Origin: Octopus sinensis
Lineage: Eukaryota
DNA: 64,000 nucleotides
Direction of reading: 5' to 3'
NCBI RefSeq assembly: GCF_006345805.1
Contig: NC_043016.1
Span: 17,670,001 to 17,734,000, forward strand
Each line of letters starts with the position of its first letter. Within the stretch, counting starts at the first letter, position 1. The translations under genes were made by a program, and so were the position numbers. Positions 11,730-24,452 of this stretch are shown piece by piece. Under the pieces are notes generated by a model. The model did not search any database. It was not told where the DNA came from and was given only the letters and a program-made list of their open reading frames with translations.

Positions 11730-13505
11730 TACGCTGAGATTTCACTCTCAGTTGCTAGTCTTTGACTATTGAATGCAGTATGTTCGATCGCTGAGGCTTC
11801 GGTGAAAAAAAGTGGTTTCTATTCCACTTCATGAAATGTGATTTTCTTCCTATATGGTGTACACTGAAATGAATGAATGTTGCGACCATTTGAGCAACAG
11901 CTTTGAGCTGTGACATATTGACATCATATCACCAGTGGAAGCATCCGTCGCCAAAGGCTTTGGGGAATCTGCCGAGGATGCTTTACGACACTCCGTTCCA
12001 GCACACAGAGAACAAGAAGGATCCTCTTTTAAGAAGCCTTGATTAAGAATTCTGATACGTGAGATATCATCCCACCAGAGACTCGACAAAGTGATCTTCC
12101 GTTGCCGTATGTTGAGCCACCTTTTCAAGGCTTATTTTTGCCTGTGACTCCCCATGCTAATAACACGTTTCCTCAACATTTTAACCAACCTCTTTTTGAA
12201 GGAGATATCGCTCTTTTGGCATTACTGGTGTGGCAGTTGGAAAGTAGTCCAATTCTGAAGGCCCTTTTGTCAAGGGCCCAGCAACCTTCTCTCTCAATCG
12301 TTGCTTAGCCAGCTGCAACTCTCTGGCAACACCTGATTCTGTCTGTAGTAATTTCGATGCAAGCTGCTGCTTCTTTAGCATCGCCCAAGTCTCTGTACCT
12401 GCATAATTTTATTTGTGCCATCACAATTTCTTCCGAAAGATTAATGAAGGGAAGCCGTAGTGCGTTAATGGATTCATACAGATGAAAATTGATTAGGCTC
12501 CATAGCGAGCCGAGGCGTCTCAGAAAGCTGTTGATCTTGAAAGCTCGCACAGTTGACATACCGACGTCATATAATAACAGGGGATACAAAACTCAGGCGG
12601 CGAGCTAGCAGAATCGTTAGCACGCCGGGCGAAATACCCAGCAGCATTTCGTCTGCCGCTACGTTGTGAGTTCAAATTCCGCCGAGGTCGACTTTGCATT
12701 TCATCCTTTCGGGGTGGATAAATAAAGTACCAGTTACGCACTGGGGTCGATGTAATCGACTTAATTCGTTTGTCTGTCCTTGTTTGTCCCCTCTGTGTTT
12801 AGCCACTTGCGGATAGTAAAGAAACAGGCATTTCGTCTGCCGTTATGTTCTGAGTTCAAATTCCGTCGAGGTCGACTTTGTCTTTCATCCTTTCAGGGTC
12901 GATTAAATAAGTACCAGTTACGCACTGGGGTCGATATAATCGACTTAATCCGTTTGTCTATCCTTGTTTGTCCTCTCTGTGTTTATTCCCTTGTGGGTAG
13001 TAAAGAAATAGGGGCTACAAAACTCAGAGCATGTTAGTATGCGACAACCCAGATTTGTTAACCTTCGTAATCCAGGTCTCAAGATCTCTGCTGGTCTTGC
13101 GGATGGCAACCATTTCCTTCAGGCTGCTACCAAAGAGTGTTCCCAAGCTGCTGAATGGTTATGGATATGGTAAAGCTAAGCTTTTCCATTGCTTTTCCCC
13201 TCTCTTCAATACAAGGGACTTCGACTTTAATGGTTTAATGCCCACCTCTTTCCATGAGAACTTCCTAAGTTTTTGCACGCCAGTCTTTTTCTGGAGTCTC
13301 TTGACACTCCACCTCAGCTGATTTGATAATTGTAATTATGTCGAGGGCAATAACGATGATCGAAATGATACAATCAGTTATAATTCCTTCCTCTAACCTA
13401 TACCTCTCACATTCTATTGATCCAAAAGTAACTTTCATCCGGAAGTTACAATAATAATTCAGAATGAGGTCATTGATCAGGCTAGGAACATGGTATCTTC
13501 GCGGA
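11730..13505 (-). mobile_element. Degenerate HERO-like (R2 group, RLE-type) non-LTR retrotransposon
   Basis: RLEEGIITDC..IKSAEVEC, FKPLKSKSLVLKRG, LYPLLLYDV, SFLRRLG, CSLC..HILGRFPKAFGDGCFHW*YDV resemble HERO RT and CCHC regions. Confidence 0.75.
12597..13009 (+). mobile_element. Tandem dimer of SINE family C (full unit plus 5'-truncated unit)
   Basis: Units 12597-12826 and 12829-13009; one flanking TSD AGGGG(A/C)TACAAAACTCAG (12579-12596, 13010-13027). Confidence 0.9.
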
Positions 13506-13544
13506 ACCTCTTCTACAAGTGTGATTATATGCATATACATACCT

Positions 13545-14213
13545 ACTCGCGCACACACACGCACACACACACACACAAGCACACATACATACCGACGCAC
13601 ACACGTATATACACACACAGGACTCTATATGTATCCGTGTATCTAAGTGACTCTGTGACTAAGTATTATTCTGTGTATATAAATATACATACAAGCACGC
13701 AATTACGTGGTTCAGTGTATGAACCTGTTTGTGTGGATATGTGTGTGAGGAGGCGCGTATGTTTGTGTGTGAGAGAGAGAAAGAGAGAGTTAGTTAGTGA
13801 CTTAGTGAGTGAGTGAGTGAGTGAGTGTATGTGTGTATGTGTGTGTGTGTTTGTGTGTGTGTGTTTGTGTGTGTGTGTGAATTTACATTTCCTGTCAAAA
13901 CGTATATGACACTATGTGTTGCTTGTGTGTATATCTTATAATGTGTATACATGCCGGTTTGAACGTGTTCATCTAATTAAGGTGAGTGTCGAAGTTGCGT
14001 TCATGAGTGCATGAAATTATGCATGTGAAAACTTGTGTTCTTTCTCACTCTCTTTCTCTCTCATTCTGTCTCACTATTTCCCCACCTGACAGTCTCTATT
14101 ATTTGCACTCTTGTGTATATGTGTGATTACATACATACACACATACATACATACATACATACATACATACATACATGCATACACACACACACACACATAC
14201 ATACATACATAAT

Positions 14214-14260
<47 letters not shown>

Positions 14261-14500
14261 TATATATATATACATATATATACACACACATATATATACA
14301 CATACATACATATATGTGTGTGTGTGTGTGTGGTGTGTGTGTGGATAAATACGTATGTATGTATGATATGTATGTATAAATTGTGCTCTCTCCTGTTTCC
14401 TTCCGCCTCTCCTCCTCTCCTCTCCCCCTGTCTGTCTCCCACTCTTCCTTATTAGCAATGTCGTTTACACAGAGTGTGTATGCACTTCGTATATACATCC

Positions 14501-14544
<44 letters not shown>

Positions 14545-14545
14545 T
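13545..14545. repeat. Compound CA/GT/TA/CATA microsatellite field
   Basis: Seen directly; source of several low-complexity ORFs. Confidence 0.9.
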
Positions 14546-15032
14546 GTAGTTGTGTGAGTGTCTGTCCCCTTCGATTTAGATTCCTAACTCCTCCCACATT
14601 TTGCGGTGCAGTTTAACCAAATTCGGGTATCTTATAGTCGTGATTCATATCGAGCCCCGTCTGACTATTAGCGCGCGCGTCAACGATGAGTCTACGATTT
14701 TAAAAATAATTTAACATCATTTTTATCCATTTTAATGCATAAAATGCATCGTGTGTCGATGGCGGTTGGAGTTGGCGTCCACGCTCACAGATGCACCTGT
14801 TTGCTTCTCCCCTTCCCTCCCTCGTGAAGCTGTGGGGAAGGGAGTGTAAAGAAATCAACGTCGTAATGCGTTGTGAAGGAAACCAGCGTTCTTTTAGAAC
14901 AACGACTTCATGGCTGAAGACACAAACAAAAATGGCTAAGAAAGCCCGAATTTATAAGGGAAGTAACTCTCTAAAAAATGCTTATATAGTTATTCCCTTA
15001 CAAACCCGAGCAACGCCGGGCGATACTGCTAG
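14530..15032 (+). mobile_element. Non-autonomous Helitron
   Basis: 5' TATATATAAAACTG..GTCTGTC start; 3' hairpin CCCG-AGCAACG-CCGGG then CTAG before (TA)n. Confidence 0.75.
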
Positions 15033-15219
15033 TATATATTATATATGTAGTGAACATTATAAATTCGGGTAGAAACCTTGTGCAATGCTGTGTGAAACTC
15101 GTCCAGGGATTTTGAGTGAGAGAAGTGTTGTTATAGAATTAAGCGAAACAGCGGGTAAGAAGAGAGGTTCTTATTTAAAAAGTTGCCTGGAGAGACGCAA
15201 TCTGCATCTAACTCTTATC

Positions 15220-15415
15220 ATTTGTCTTTACCTATTACTTTTTCAATTGATTGCGTCCATGCTGGAGCACCACCTTGAAGACTTTTAGTCCCAGGGCTTT
15301 ATTTTCAACCAGATACTTATACTATTGGTCTATTTTGCTGTGGTCTCTTTTTTACGGGGACGTAAATACACCAACACCGGTTGTCAAAAGGTTGTGAGGA
15401 CAAATACACACACAG
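15220..15415 (-). mobile_element. SINE family A 3' fragment
   Basis: CCATGCTGGAGCACC and GACGTAAATACACC match family A. Confidence 0.75.
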
Positions 15416-15421
15416 ATATAT

Positions 15422-15505
<84 letters not shown>

Positions 15506-15689
15506 CTAATGTAGGATAAAGTTTTTTCGAAAAAAAAATTTATCAATGGCTAGCATATTAAAAAAATACCTTTAAGGTTAAATTTATAAATAACTTATAA
15601 ATAAGGGCAAACGAAAAAAATTTCTAATGCCAAAATGCCGAAATTGGACATATTGTCCATAACCATATACTTTTTCACAATATTGTCAA

Positions 15690-15765
15690 GCAGTTTAAAA
15701 ATTCTGTGATTTGGTGTGTTGAGTTTGGAGACTATAGGTCAAACTAGGTTATACTATTTGTGAAT

Positions 15766-15796
<31 letters not shown>

Positions 15797-16382
15797 CAGA
15801 GAAGAAAATGGAATTCACGAGATCCTTTATTCAAAATATAACTACAATCGTTTCGACTCATTCTGCACGCTGTACAATTGCATCATAGGCGCAGGTTTCG
15901 GCAGTGTGAAACAGGTGGAAATAGCATGGCTGTGTGGTTAGACGCTTGCTTCCCAACCACATGGTTCTGGATTCAGTCCCACTGCGTGGCACCTTGGGCA
16001 AGTGTCTCTTACTCAAGCCGACCAAACCGTTGTGAGCGGATTTATTAGACGGAAAATGAAAGAAACCCTTCATATATATATATATATATTTATTAGACGG
16101 AAACCGAAAGGAACCCTTCATATATATGTGGTTTGGAAGCAAGCGTCTAACCACACAGCCACGCTATTTCCACCTGTTTCACACTGCCGAAACCTGCGCC
16201 TATGGTGAAATTGTACAGCATGAGGAATGAGTCGAAACGATTGTAGTTATATTTTGAATAAAGGATCTCGTGAATTCCATTTTCCTCTCTGGTCTGTGTG
16301 TGTGTGACTCACAAATAGTATAACCTAGTTTGACCTATAATCTCCAAACTCAACACACCAAATCACAGAATTTTTAAACTGC
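15690..16382. repeat. Foldback inverted duplication (~265-bp arms) including a SINE A head
   Basis: 15690-15962 is the reverse complement of 16126-16382; the spacer holds the SINE body and a ~37-bp tandem duplication. Confidence 0.9.
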
Positions 16383-16734
16383 CTCACAGTATGAAGGAAT
16401 TCTACACTGGAAAAATACACCTCACTCGCATCTGTCGAGATCATTCAAAGTCTACGAAATAACACGGATGGCAACATTTCCTCGTTAGATGTTTAAAGCC
16501 TCGTTGTCAAGGCACATGTAGTGAAAAATGTAGGTATAATACAGGCGAAGCACTGACTTTGATAAGAATCATTCTTGGAAATTTTCTATAGGCTTGCGCA
16601 ACCGAGGTTCACTTCTCTTGCAGCGTTTTTCATTGGTCTGGATTTGTCGATTGTTTACTTTGTATGTCCACACTATTGTTGTTTGTTCATTTGAAGCCCT
16701 AACTCTCCACAAATTATATATTTTAAAAATATGA

Positions 16735-16775
16735 GTTGAATGAGACATGCTTATCTACATGGCCGAAACAGCTGT
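16735..16775 (+). ncRNA. Decayed hammerhead-like motif
   Basis: TTGAATGAG ACATG..CATGGCC GAAA CAGCTG TA: palindromic stem III, mutated core. Confidence 0.35.
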
Positions 16776-17224
16776 AAGATATAGTCTATATTTATATTTA
16801 TGTGTACTTATATTTATGTTCTATTATACGTATTCTACTTATTGTATAACATTACTATTTTATATACACTCCTTCATGTACACTGTTTTACCCTGCATTA
16901 TTATGTTTAACCTTATAGTTTCTTATGTAATGGTTTAATAAAGTATGTGATTGAGTATTATCTGGTAATTGATATTGATTTGGATGTATTTCTCCATTTT
17001 CTTATTTTGTATTATGAATTTGTGGTAAAACATTTTACCTTTGCCCATATAATACAATAAATGAATTAATTGTATCGCAATTCTTAACATTTATGTATTA
17101 ACTTTGTTGGGTACCTCACTAAGCAGTATATTGGATATATGGTATCCCATGGAGGGTTGCATTTAAAACCCCTATCTCAATTTGTATATATATATATATA
17201 TAATTATATAGTATATATATAATA

Positions 17225-17254
<30 letters not shown>

Positions 17255-17255
<1 letters not shown>

Positions 17256-17425
17256 GTTGGAATTACAAAAAACAAAAGACGAAGACACAGGGTTATAGAC
17301 AACAAACAGGTTTATTTTCAACGCTCGGAAAGGTGAGAAAGTCTTTTACGTTCGAGCCTAAGCTCTTCAACAGAAAGGAACACGAGAAAATAAACAGAAT
17401 AAAAAAGCTTTAGTGGCTAGCGGTT
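17255..17425 (-). mobile_element. Short HHR-type element abutting (TA)n; variant or decayed HHR ~17343-17382
   Basis: Minus TTT CTGTTGA AGAGC TTAG GCTC GAACGT AAAAG; same layout as 22018-22200. Confidence 0.55.
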
Positions 17426-17544
17426 GAGTATTATACATGCAATATGTGTATGTGTGTATGTACGTATATATATATATACGTACATACACACACACACACG
17501 CACACATACTCACAACAACACACACAACACACACCACACACCAC

Positions 17545-17624
<80 letters not shown>

Positions 17625-17886
17625 TAATCTTTAGTTAAATATATATAATATACTGTGAAATAATATCAGGAAATCAATATCAGAAAAAGTCTTCAGATGG
17701 ATATTACTACATGTGTAGAATAATTATTGTACTAACAATATAAATAATATAAATATATGTAAATATATATAAGTAGAAATATATAATAAATATGAGAGTT
17801 TAAAATTTAATAGTTTAAAATTGAGCTTTAAAGCATTACGCTCGTTTCGCGTATTTCACAATATATCATATATACATACATATATA

Positions 17887-18897
17887 TCTATATATATATA
17901 AAACTGAGAATGTGTGTCTGTCTGTCTGTGTGTTTCCTAAAACTTGAGAACTACACAACCAATTCATTCAAATTTTACACATGCTTACTTAGGGTCCGGG
18001 GGTGTCTCGGCAAAAAAATGTTTTCAACTTCTTGCCTGAGCGAGCCCATAGCAATATCATATCTTCTCCACTATTTCAGTTAAAGTGAAACAAAAACGTT
18101 TCTCTAGTTTATGTCAGATACTTTCACTTTAACAATAAAAATAATAATAACAATTGAATTATATGTGTAAGTAATAATTAAAATCAAACTAAAGTAACAT
18201 GACAAAAGTTAAAATAGCAATTGGTATAAAATTGCATCAATGATTTGAACTTGAATAAGTGGTTTCACATGAATGGATAAATAAAAAATAAGATTAGCGT
18301 GCAGAAATGGATAGTCCAGATGGATGGATATAAAAAATCAAATTAAAAGAAAAGACTACAGTCTATAAAGTATACAATGTAGAGAAAAAAGATTTGAACA
18401 CATGGAAGAAAAGTACCTTCGAAAAGTGGTGCGACTATAAAAGATATCTAACCAGAGGCGGTAAATTCGCCACAATAGAAGCAAGGTTCGAGTCAACGGA
18501 GCGTGCAAGGGAGTACTCGACTCGAACTTGCAAAGTGGAAATATTTTATTTTTACCTTTATATCTGGGACGTGGGACGTCCCGGAAAAAAATTTTAAATG
18601 CCCCCCCCCCCCCCCCCGCCCCAGAAGTAGAGGTAGGCTGGATTGTAGCCACACTTCTATACAAGAAGGAGGACAAGATACAATTGATCGAAATTACAAG
18701 AGACGGGCTAACAATTCCAGTCTGTTATATATTTTGAGTATTGTTATCACTAGCGATATCAAGATATAACTTTGTATTTTGTATTTTATGTGTAGATGTA
18801 TATATATATAGATATACATGTAATATGTACACATATATATACACATATATACATGCACTAGCACTATGACCCGGCAACGACGGGTCTTTAATGCTAG
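17887..18897 (+). mobile_element. Non-autonomous Helitron with a coding-like internal fragment
   Basis: 5' TCTATATATATATAAAACTG; 3' GACCCG-GCAACGA-CGGGTC hairpin then CTAG; TA flanks. Confidence 0.75.
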
Positions 18898-18944
18898 TAT
18901 ATATATATATATGATATCCTGTACTTAATGTATATTTTTTAAAT

Positions 18945-19620
18945 TTATAATTGAACGCCTCACAGCTTTGTTCACAGTAAGTTCTTACATTCTATACAAT
19001 TTCTGCGACTCCACACCCTATTTTCTTTCTTTCTCTCTATCCTTCTATAATCCTCGAGATTTTATTTTCTCCTCCCTCTCTTTCTTTCTTTCTTTCACTC
19101 TCTACTATCTTTCGTTCCTTCTTTCTTCTCCTCACTCCTTTTGCTTTTTTCCCTCTTCGTCTCCCTTGTTCCCTCTCCGCTCTGCCTGTTCATCACACGT
19201 GATTATAGGCCCTTTTTCTCGCCTCTGTCTTTTCTGGATGCAACGTCCAACTAACCGGACGTCATTTCCCGCTTCTCTAGCCTCACGACATTTTCTTCTC
19301 TTCTATTTGTTCTGTTTCCTTTCAAAATTTCTCCCAGGCGTTTCCCATTACAATTCATCTTGGCCTAACGACCCTTAATGTCTGAATTCGTCGATTGTTT
19401 ACTCTGTATGTCCACACTATTGTTGTTTGTTCATTTGAAGCCCTAACTCTCCACAAATTATATATTTTAAAAATTTCTGGAAGCTGTTGTCCTATGAAGT
19501 ATTCCTATTTTGTCGTCAAAAGCTCGAAAGGAGTAGTAATAAACAGTGGACAACTGACGAGCGAGTTATCTTCTTTGGGTATTTACGTATTTTCACTGTT
19601 GGTGATGTCCTATACTAATG
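18945..19620 (+). mobile_element. CT-rich pLTR-like element; ~80 bp (19393-19472) nearly identical to 16659-16738
   Basis: Direct dispersed repeat seen; PLE affinity is inference. Confidence 0.4.
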
Positions 19621-19660
19621 CATTTTTTATATATATCTGAACTGTCCACAGTAAGTTCTT

Positions 19661-19776
<116 letters not shown>

Positions 19777-19977
19777 TGTATGTGTATTTATGTATGTATA
19801 TAACATACATGGTGGTTGTCTACTCCTTATGCAGAGTTTGACCACCTACTGCACCCGCACCTTAGAACCGTCATGGCATCTTATGTGGCCTTAAACCAGA
19901 CACTGTTAGAAAAGACACCCACATAGATTGTATATTCGATTTGGACCACCAAGAGCTGCAGATAAGTTCTGATCTTT

Positions 19978-20178
19978 AACCGTTAGCACGCCGGGCGAAA
20001 TGCGTAGCCGCTATGTTCTGAGTTCAAATTCCGCCGAGGTCGACTTTGCCTTTCATCCTTTCGGGGTCGATAAATTAAGTGCCAGTTACGCACTGGGGTC
20101 GATGTAATCGACTTAATTCGTTTGTCTGTCCTTGTTTGTCCCATCTATGTTTAGCTCCTTGTGGGTAATAAAGAAACA
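19978..20178 (+). mobile_element. SINE family C, 5'-truncated
   Basis: Matches 12597-12826. Confidence 0.9.
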
Positions 20179-20184
20179 CATAAA

Positions 20185-20830
20185 ATGTCTTATGAGGCCT
20201 CCGTTAGATTATCCGATGGAGATCGAATCGCAAAGGGAACACTGGAGAGCGTATAATCCGGTTGGTCAACGAACAACTGAAAGAGTTCCTAACGTGCAAA
20301 ATGTGGTGGTTGGTCAGGTGAGAGTGTAGGTGTTAGCAAGGAAAGTACTGGTGGGAAAATGGGGGTGGGAGAAACGGGAGGGCGAAAAGGAACAAGGGTG
20401 GGGGGCAATGAAGTGTTAAAGAATTGTCGAGAATACTGCGTAGCTTGCGGTCGCGCTTAAAGGAGGGAAATTGTGAGAGAGGGAGAGGTGGACGATGGCA
20501 GTATTGGACTGAAGACAGTAAAAGATGCAGAGGATGATATAGGAGAGGGTGAGGGTGGTGAGAGAACAGAACGCGAATGAGACGCAGTCCGTGGCATGGG
20601 CGAAAGAAAAGGCGTGGTTTACTGCGTCGAATAAATAGACGGTCATGTGCTGAGCCGGAATCCCAAGGTCATCGTCACGGCTACTGACTGTGGAGATGAG
20701 GAAGCTGTGAGTAGGGGACGGTGTGACTGGATGGGAAGAGGGGGGAGTGAACAGAAGAGGGAGACTCGGTGGTTTGGAGAAAACAGAAAATGAGAGAGTG
20801 TGATGCGATGGTCGACAGAAACAGGATAAA
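20185..20830 (-). mobile_element. Degenerate Poseidon-like PLE (thumb, linker, GIY-YIG start)
   Basis: PYSQ, SRDDD..AQHM, SFKRDRKLRSIL, LYALQCSLCDSISIG on the minus strand with frameshifts. Confidence 0.65.
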
Positions 20831-21039
20831 CGAAGAAATTGGGGGAAGTATCAGAGACGGGAGAGAGAAAAGTGAAAAGAAATGATAAAGAAAACGAAAG
20901 ATTTCAGTTCTTTAATGGGAGAGAGAAGTGGTGCCGACACAATCGTCAATTTAACGACAATGTACTCCTGAGATGGTACTAGTGAACTCAGAGAATATAT
21001 ATTCGTACTTATATACATACACACATACTTATACTTACA

Positions 21040-21213
21040 TTTTTATTTTTTACTTATTTCAATCATTAGACTGCGGTCATGCTAGGGCACCGCTTCGTAG
21101 AATTTTACTTGAACTAATCGATCGCAATGCTTTATCGTACTCTTTGGCTGATCCGCTAAGTTACAGGAGACGTAAACAAGCTAATACCCGTTGTCAAGCG
21201 GTTGTGCGGGACA

Positions 21214-21215
<2 letters not shown>
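21040..21215 (-). mobile_element. SINE family A 3' part
   Basis: Family A tail motifs. Confidence 0.75.
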
Positions 21216-21287
<72 letters not shown>

Positions 21288-21299
21288 TACACATACACA

Positions 21300-22015
21300 C
21301 ACGTTGGAACTCACTTTCTGTAAGCAAATCGAGGACTTTTGGGATGCGCTCCGGATCTTCACAACGGTGCTGAAACGGCGATCTTTGAGCTATATTTTCA
21401 TCTGGGGCAGGGAGATGGAAGCCCGCAAGTGCTAAATCTGTCGGATAGGACAGGTGCAGAAGCGATACCATGTTATTTTTTGGCGGGAGACTCACAAGTA
21501 AGGAGAGCTTGGTGACAGGGTGCATTGTCGTTGCGAAGAATCAGATCCTTCACGCTCAACAGACCGGGTCGCTTTCTCCGAATGTTCTCTCTCAAACGCT
21601 TCAAAACGTCATTGTTTATCCTCCGACGATCCTCATGTACAAGCTGAGGAATTTACTCCACAGTTCCAGGAGTGATTCTCAAGGTAGTCTTCCAGATCAT
21701 TCATTGTTTTCCAAATGACGATCTTCCGATTTTGAAGTGCCCATGCTACTCAAAACATTGCGTACGACCCATTGCCTCATTGCCGTAAGCTTGCCGAAGC
21801 AGGCTCAATATCTCTGTAGCAGACTTTCCAAGTTTATCGCAAAATTCCACGTTTGCTCTTTGTTCCAACATCCAGTCCATGACAAAAATCGCTGACTACA
21901 GCATACACACGCGATCACAAAAACAGAAAATTTAGCAACTTGCGAAGCAAATATTGCTAGCTCTCGCAGCACACGCAACCGTGTGCTGTCAGCTGTTGGC
22001 GCGCAAACCACATAT
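21300..22015 (-). mobile_element. Internally deleted mariner transposase remnant
   Basis: KNNMVSLLHLSYPTDLA (YSPDLAP-like); N-terminal KEQTWNFAINLES.. Confidence 0.75.
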
Positions 22016-22017
22016 GA

Positions 22018-22200
22018 ATCGCTAGCTATTTTTTTCTTCTTTCTTCCTTTTCTATTGGACTTTCCTCTGTTTCTGAAGAAGAGCTTTGCTCGAAACGTTA
22101 AACCATCTTTCTCTCCTTCACTGAACGTCTGCTAATACTTTACGTATACCTCATGTTGTTGTTTTTTGTTTTGTTTGTTCTTCGTTTTTTTATTTACTGT
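22018..22200 (+). mobile_element. Short HHR-bearing element ending at (TG)/(TA)n
   Basis: Layout shared with 17255-17425 and 61802-61892. Confidence 0.6.
22069..22103 (+). ncRNA. Minimal type I hammerhead ribozyme
   Basis: GTTT CTGAAGA A GAGC TTT GCTC GAA ACGT T AAAC; all stems pair. Confidence 0.8.
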
Positions 22201-22224
22201 GTGTATATATATATATATATATAT

Positions 22225-22320
<96 letters not shown>

Positions 22321-23464
22321 GTTTCTTTATTGGCCACACAGGGCTGCACACAGATGGGACAAGTTACAAGGTAGAGCTTTTCTTTTGGGAGAGAAAAAAA
22401 AAGGTGGCGTAGGTTTTCGATCAAAAGGGATCGTAAAAGGGAAAAAAGAACAAAAAAAGAAAAAAAGAAGAAAAAAAGGAAAAGAAAAAAAAGAAAAGGG
22501 GAAAAAAGAAAAGAAAAATGAAAAGAGAAGAAAAAAGAGGAAAAAAGGGGGAGAGGAAAAAAACCCATCAATTGGGATCGTGTATCACAGTGTCATGGTG
22601 TATGGTGTAAAGGGGAAAGCAAGTAAGGTTTATCCGTGGGAAGAAAAGCCTACGAAAAAGACCACGGTAACCTTGGTCAATATTCTTATATGTTACCACA
22701 TTTGTTTGCAAGTGGGTAACTTTCTGTTTTCAATTTCTGGGTTCATAGGATTATGCTCAAGGTGGCTTCGTCATTCATACGTGCCATCCTTGCTACATTC
22801 ACCCATCTTTTTTTAAAACGTTCGCTAGACAAAACTTGCCTATCTACTCTCACTTTCCTTTTCAAGTGGTACTTGAAGAAGTTGATGAGAGGTTGACCAG
22901 AGAGGAAAGTGTTTGTCTCTAATCCTTTCAGACGCGTCCACCAGATACATTCTTTCGCCATAGCCACAAGGATGATGAAAATAGCTCTTCCTTCCCGTTT
23001 GAAGGAAGGAGGCGTGACAATATTGACGATAGACTCAGCTGATAAACCGACTCGTCCCACACGTGACAGCAGTTGTTTGACATAAGCCCACAGGTCGGAA
23101 ATTGTTGGACACTGCACGAGTGCGTGCAGAACGGTTTCGTCGCTCTGACCGCATCTCGGGCAGGTCGGCCCCGTGTTTCTCGAGCCGTGTCTGTAGAGCT
23201 TATCCCGAACGGATAGCGCTTCTCGGTAGCACTGCCAGGCCAGGGATCTCTGGAAGTTGTCCATGAGCCCTGGCCCGAAAGTCGTCCCGAACAGGCGGGT
23301 CAGGTATTCCTCGTCGACGTCCAGGTTCGCTCCGAGCTCGTCGTCGTACCTCCCCTCCACTAATCCCCTATAGAATGCTTTGGTTGTGATGGAGTCACTC
23401 AAGGTTGACCCAGGACGGCAGAGTTGCTTGAGAGCAACTCGACACTCGCGGGGCCATTCGCCCT

Positions 23465-23465
<1 letters not shown>
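22321..23465 (-). mobile_element. 5'-truncated Tx1/L1-like LINE inserted in (GATA)n
   Basis: Open ORF2 C-terminus 22743-23402+ with CPRCGQSDETVLHALVQC zinc knuckle; 3' UTR ends AATAAAGAAAC; (GATA)n on both sides. Confidence 0.85.
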
Positions 23466-23544
<79 letters not shown>

Positions 23545-23545
23545 T

Positions 23546-24090
23546 GTTTCTTTATTAGCTACAAAGGGCTGCACACAGACGGGACAAATTACAAGGTAGA
23601 GCTTTTCTTTTGGGGGATAAAAAAAGGGGGTTTTGGTTTTCGATCAAAAAGGATCGTAAAAGGAAAGAAAGAGGAAAGCAAAAAAAAGGGGGGGGTAAAA
23701 ATAAAAGGAAAAAGAAAAAATCGATCAATAGGGATCGTTATCACAGAAATGTCAATATAAAGTGTAAAGGGAGGGACAGGTGAGGTTTACCCGTGGAAAG
23801 AAAAGCCTACGGAAAAGACTACGGTAACCTCGGTCAATGAAGTCACATGTTATTTTTTTTTACAAATAAGCAAGTCTCTGTATTAATTTTTACAGTTCAT
23901 CGGATCATAGTCAAGGTGGCTTCGTCATTCATACGTGCCATCCTTGCTACACTCACCCATCTTTTTTTAAAACATTCACTAGACAAAACTTGTCTCTCTA
24001 CTCTCACTTTCCTCTTCATGATGGAGGTTGACCAGAGGTTGACCAGAGAGGAAAGCGTTTGTCTCTAATCCTTTCAAGCGCGTCCACCAG
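23546..24090 (-). mobile_element. Second Tx1-like copy in (GATA)n
   Basis: Homologous 3' end; (GATA)n on both flanks. Confidence 0.85.
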
Positions 24091-24127
24091 AGATAGATAG
24101 ATTAATAGATAGATAGTTATATATATA

Positions 24128-24358
24128 AATTTCTTTATTGCCCACAAGGGGCTAAACATAGAGGGGACAAACAAAGACAGACAAAGGGATTAAGTCAACT
24201 ACATCGACCCCAGTGCGTAACTGGTACTTTATTTATCGACCCCGAAAGGATGAAAGCAAAGTTGACTTCGGCGGAATTTGAACTCAGAGCGTAGCGACAG
24301 ACGAAATACTGCTGAGCATTTCGCCCGGCGTGCTAACGTTTCTGCCAGCTCGCCGCCT
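24128..24358 (-). mobile_element. SINE family C, full length
   Basis: A box TGGCAGAAACG, B box GTTCAAATTC, central GTCAACTTTGCTTTCATCCTTTCGGGGTCGATAAAT (Deu/Nin-like), Tx1-like tail. Confidence 0.9.
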
Positions 24359-24382
24359 TTTAGTTATATATATAAATATATA

Positions 24383-24445
<63 letters not shown>

Positions 24446-24452
<7 letters not shown>

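Noticed and set aside
14035-14597. Long low-complexity ORFs (YIYI, CVCV, HTHT, YLSI); also at 27648-28374, 46813-47196, 51290-51773 and 60366-60734
   Set aside because: Translations of microsatellites.
19485-19570. HHR-like remnant bounded by GTTGTC/GACAAC
   Set aside because: Both core halves are broken; not supportable.
22385-22816. Lys-rich 143-aa ORF
   Set aside because: Antisense of the T-rich Tx1 3' UTR.
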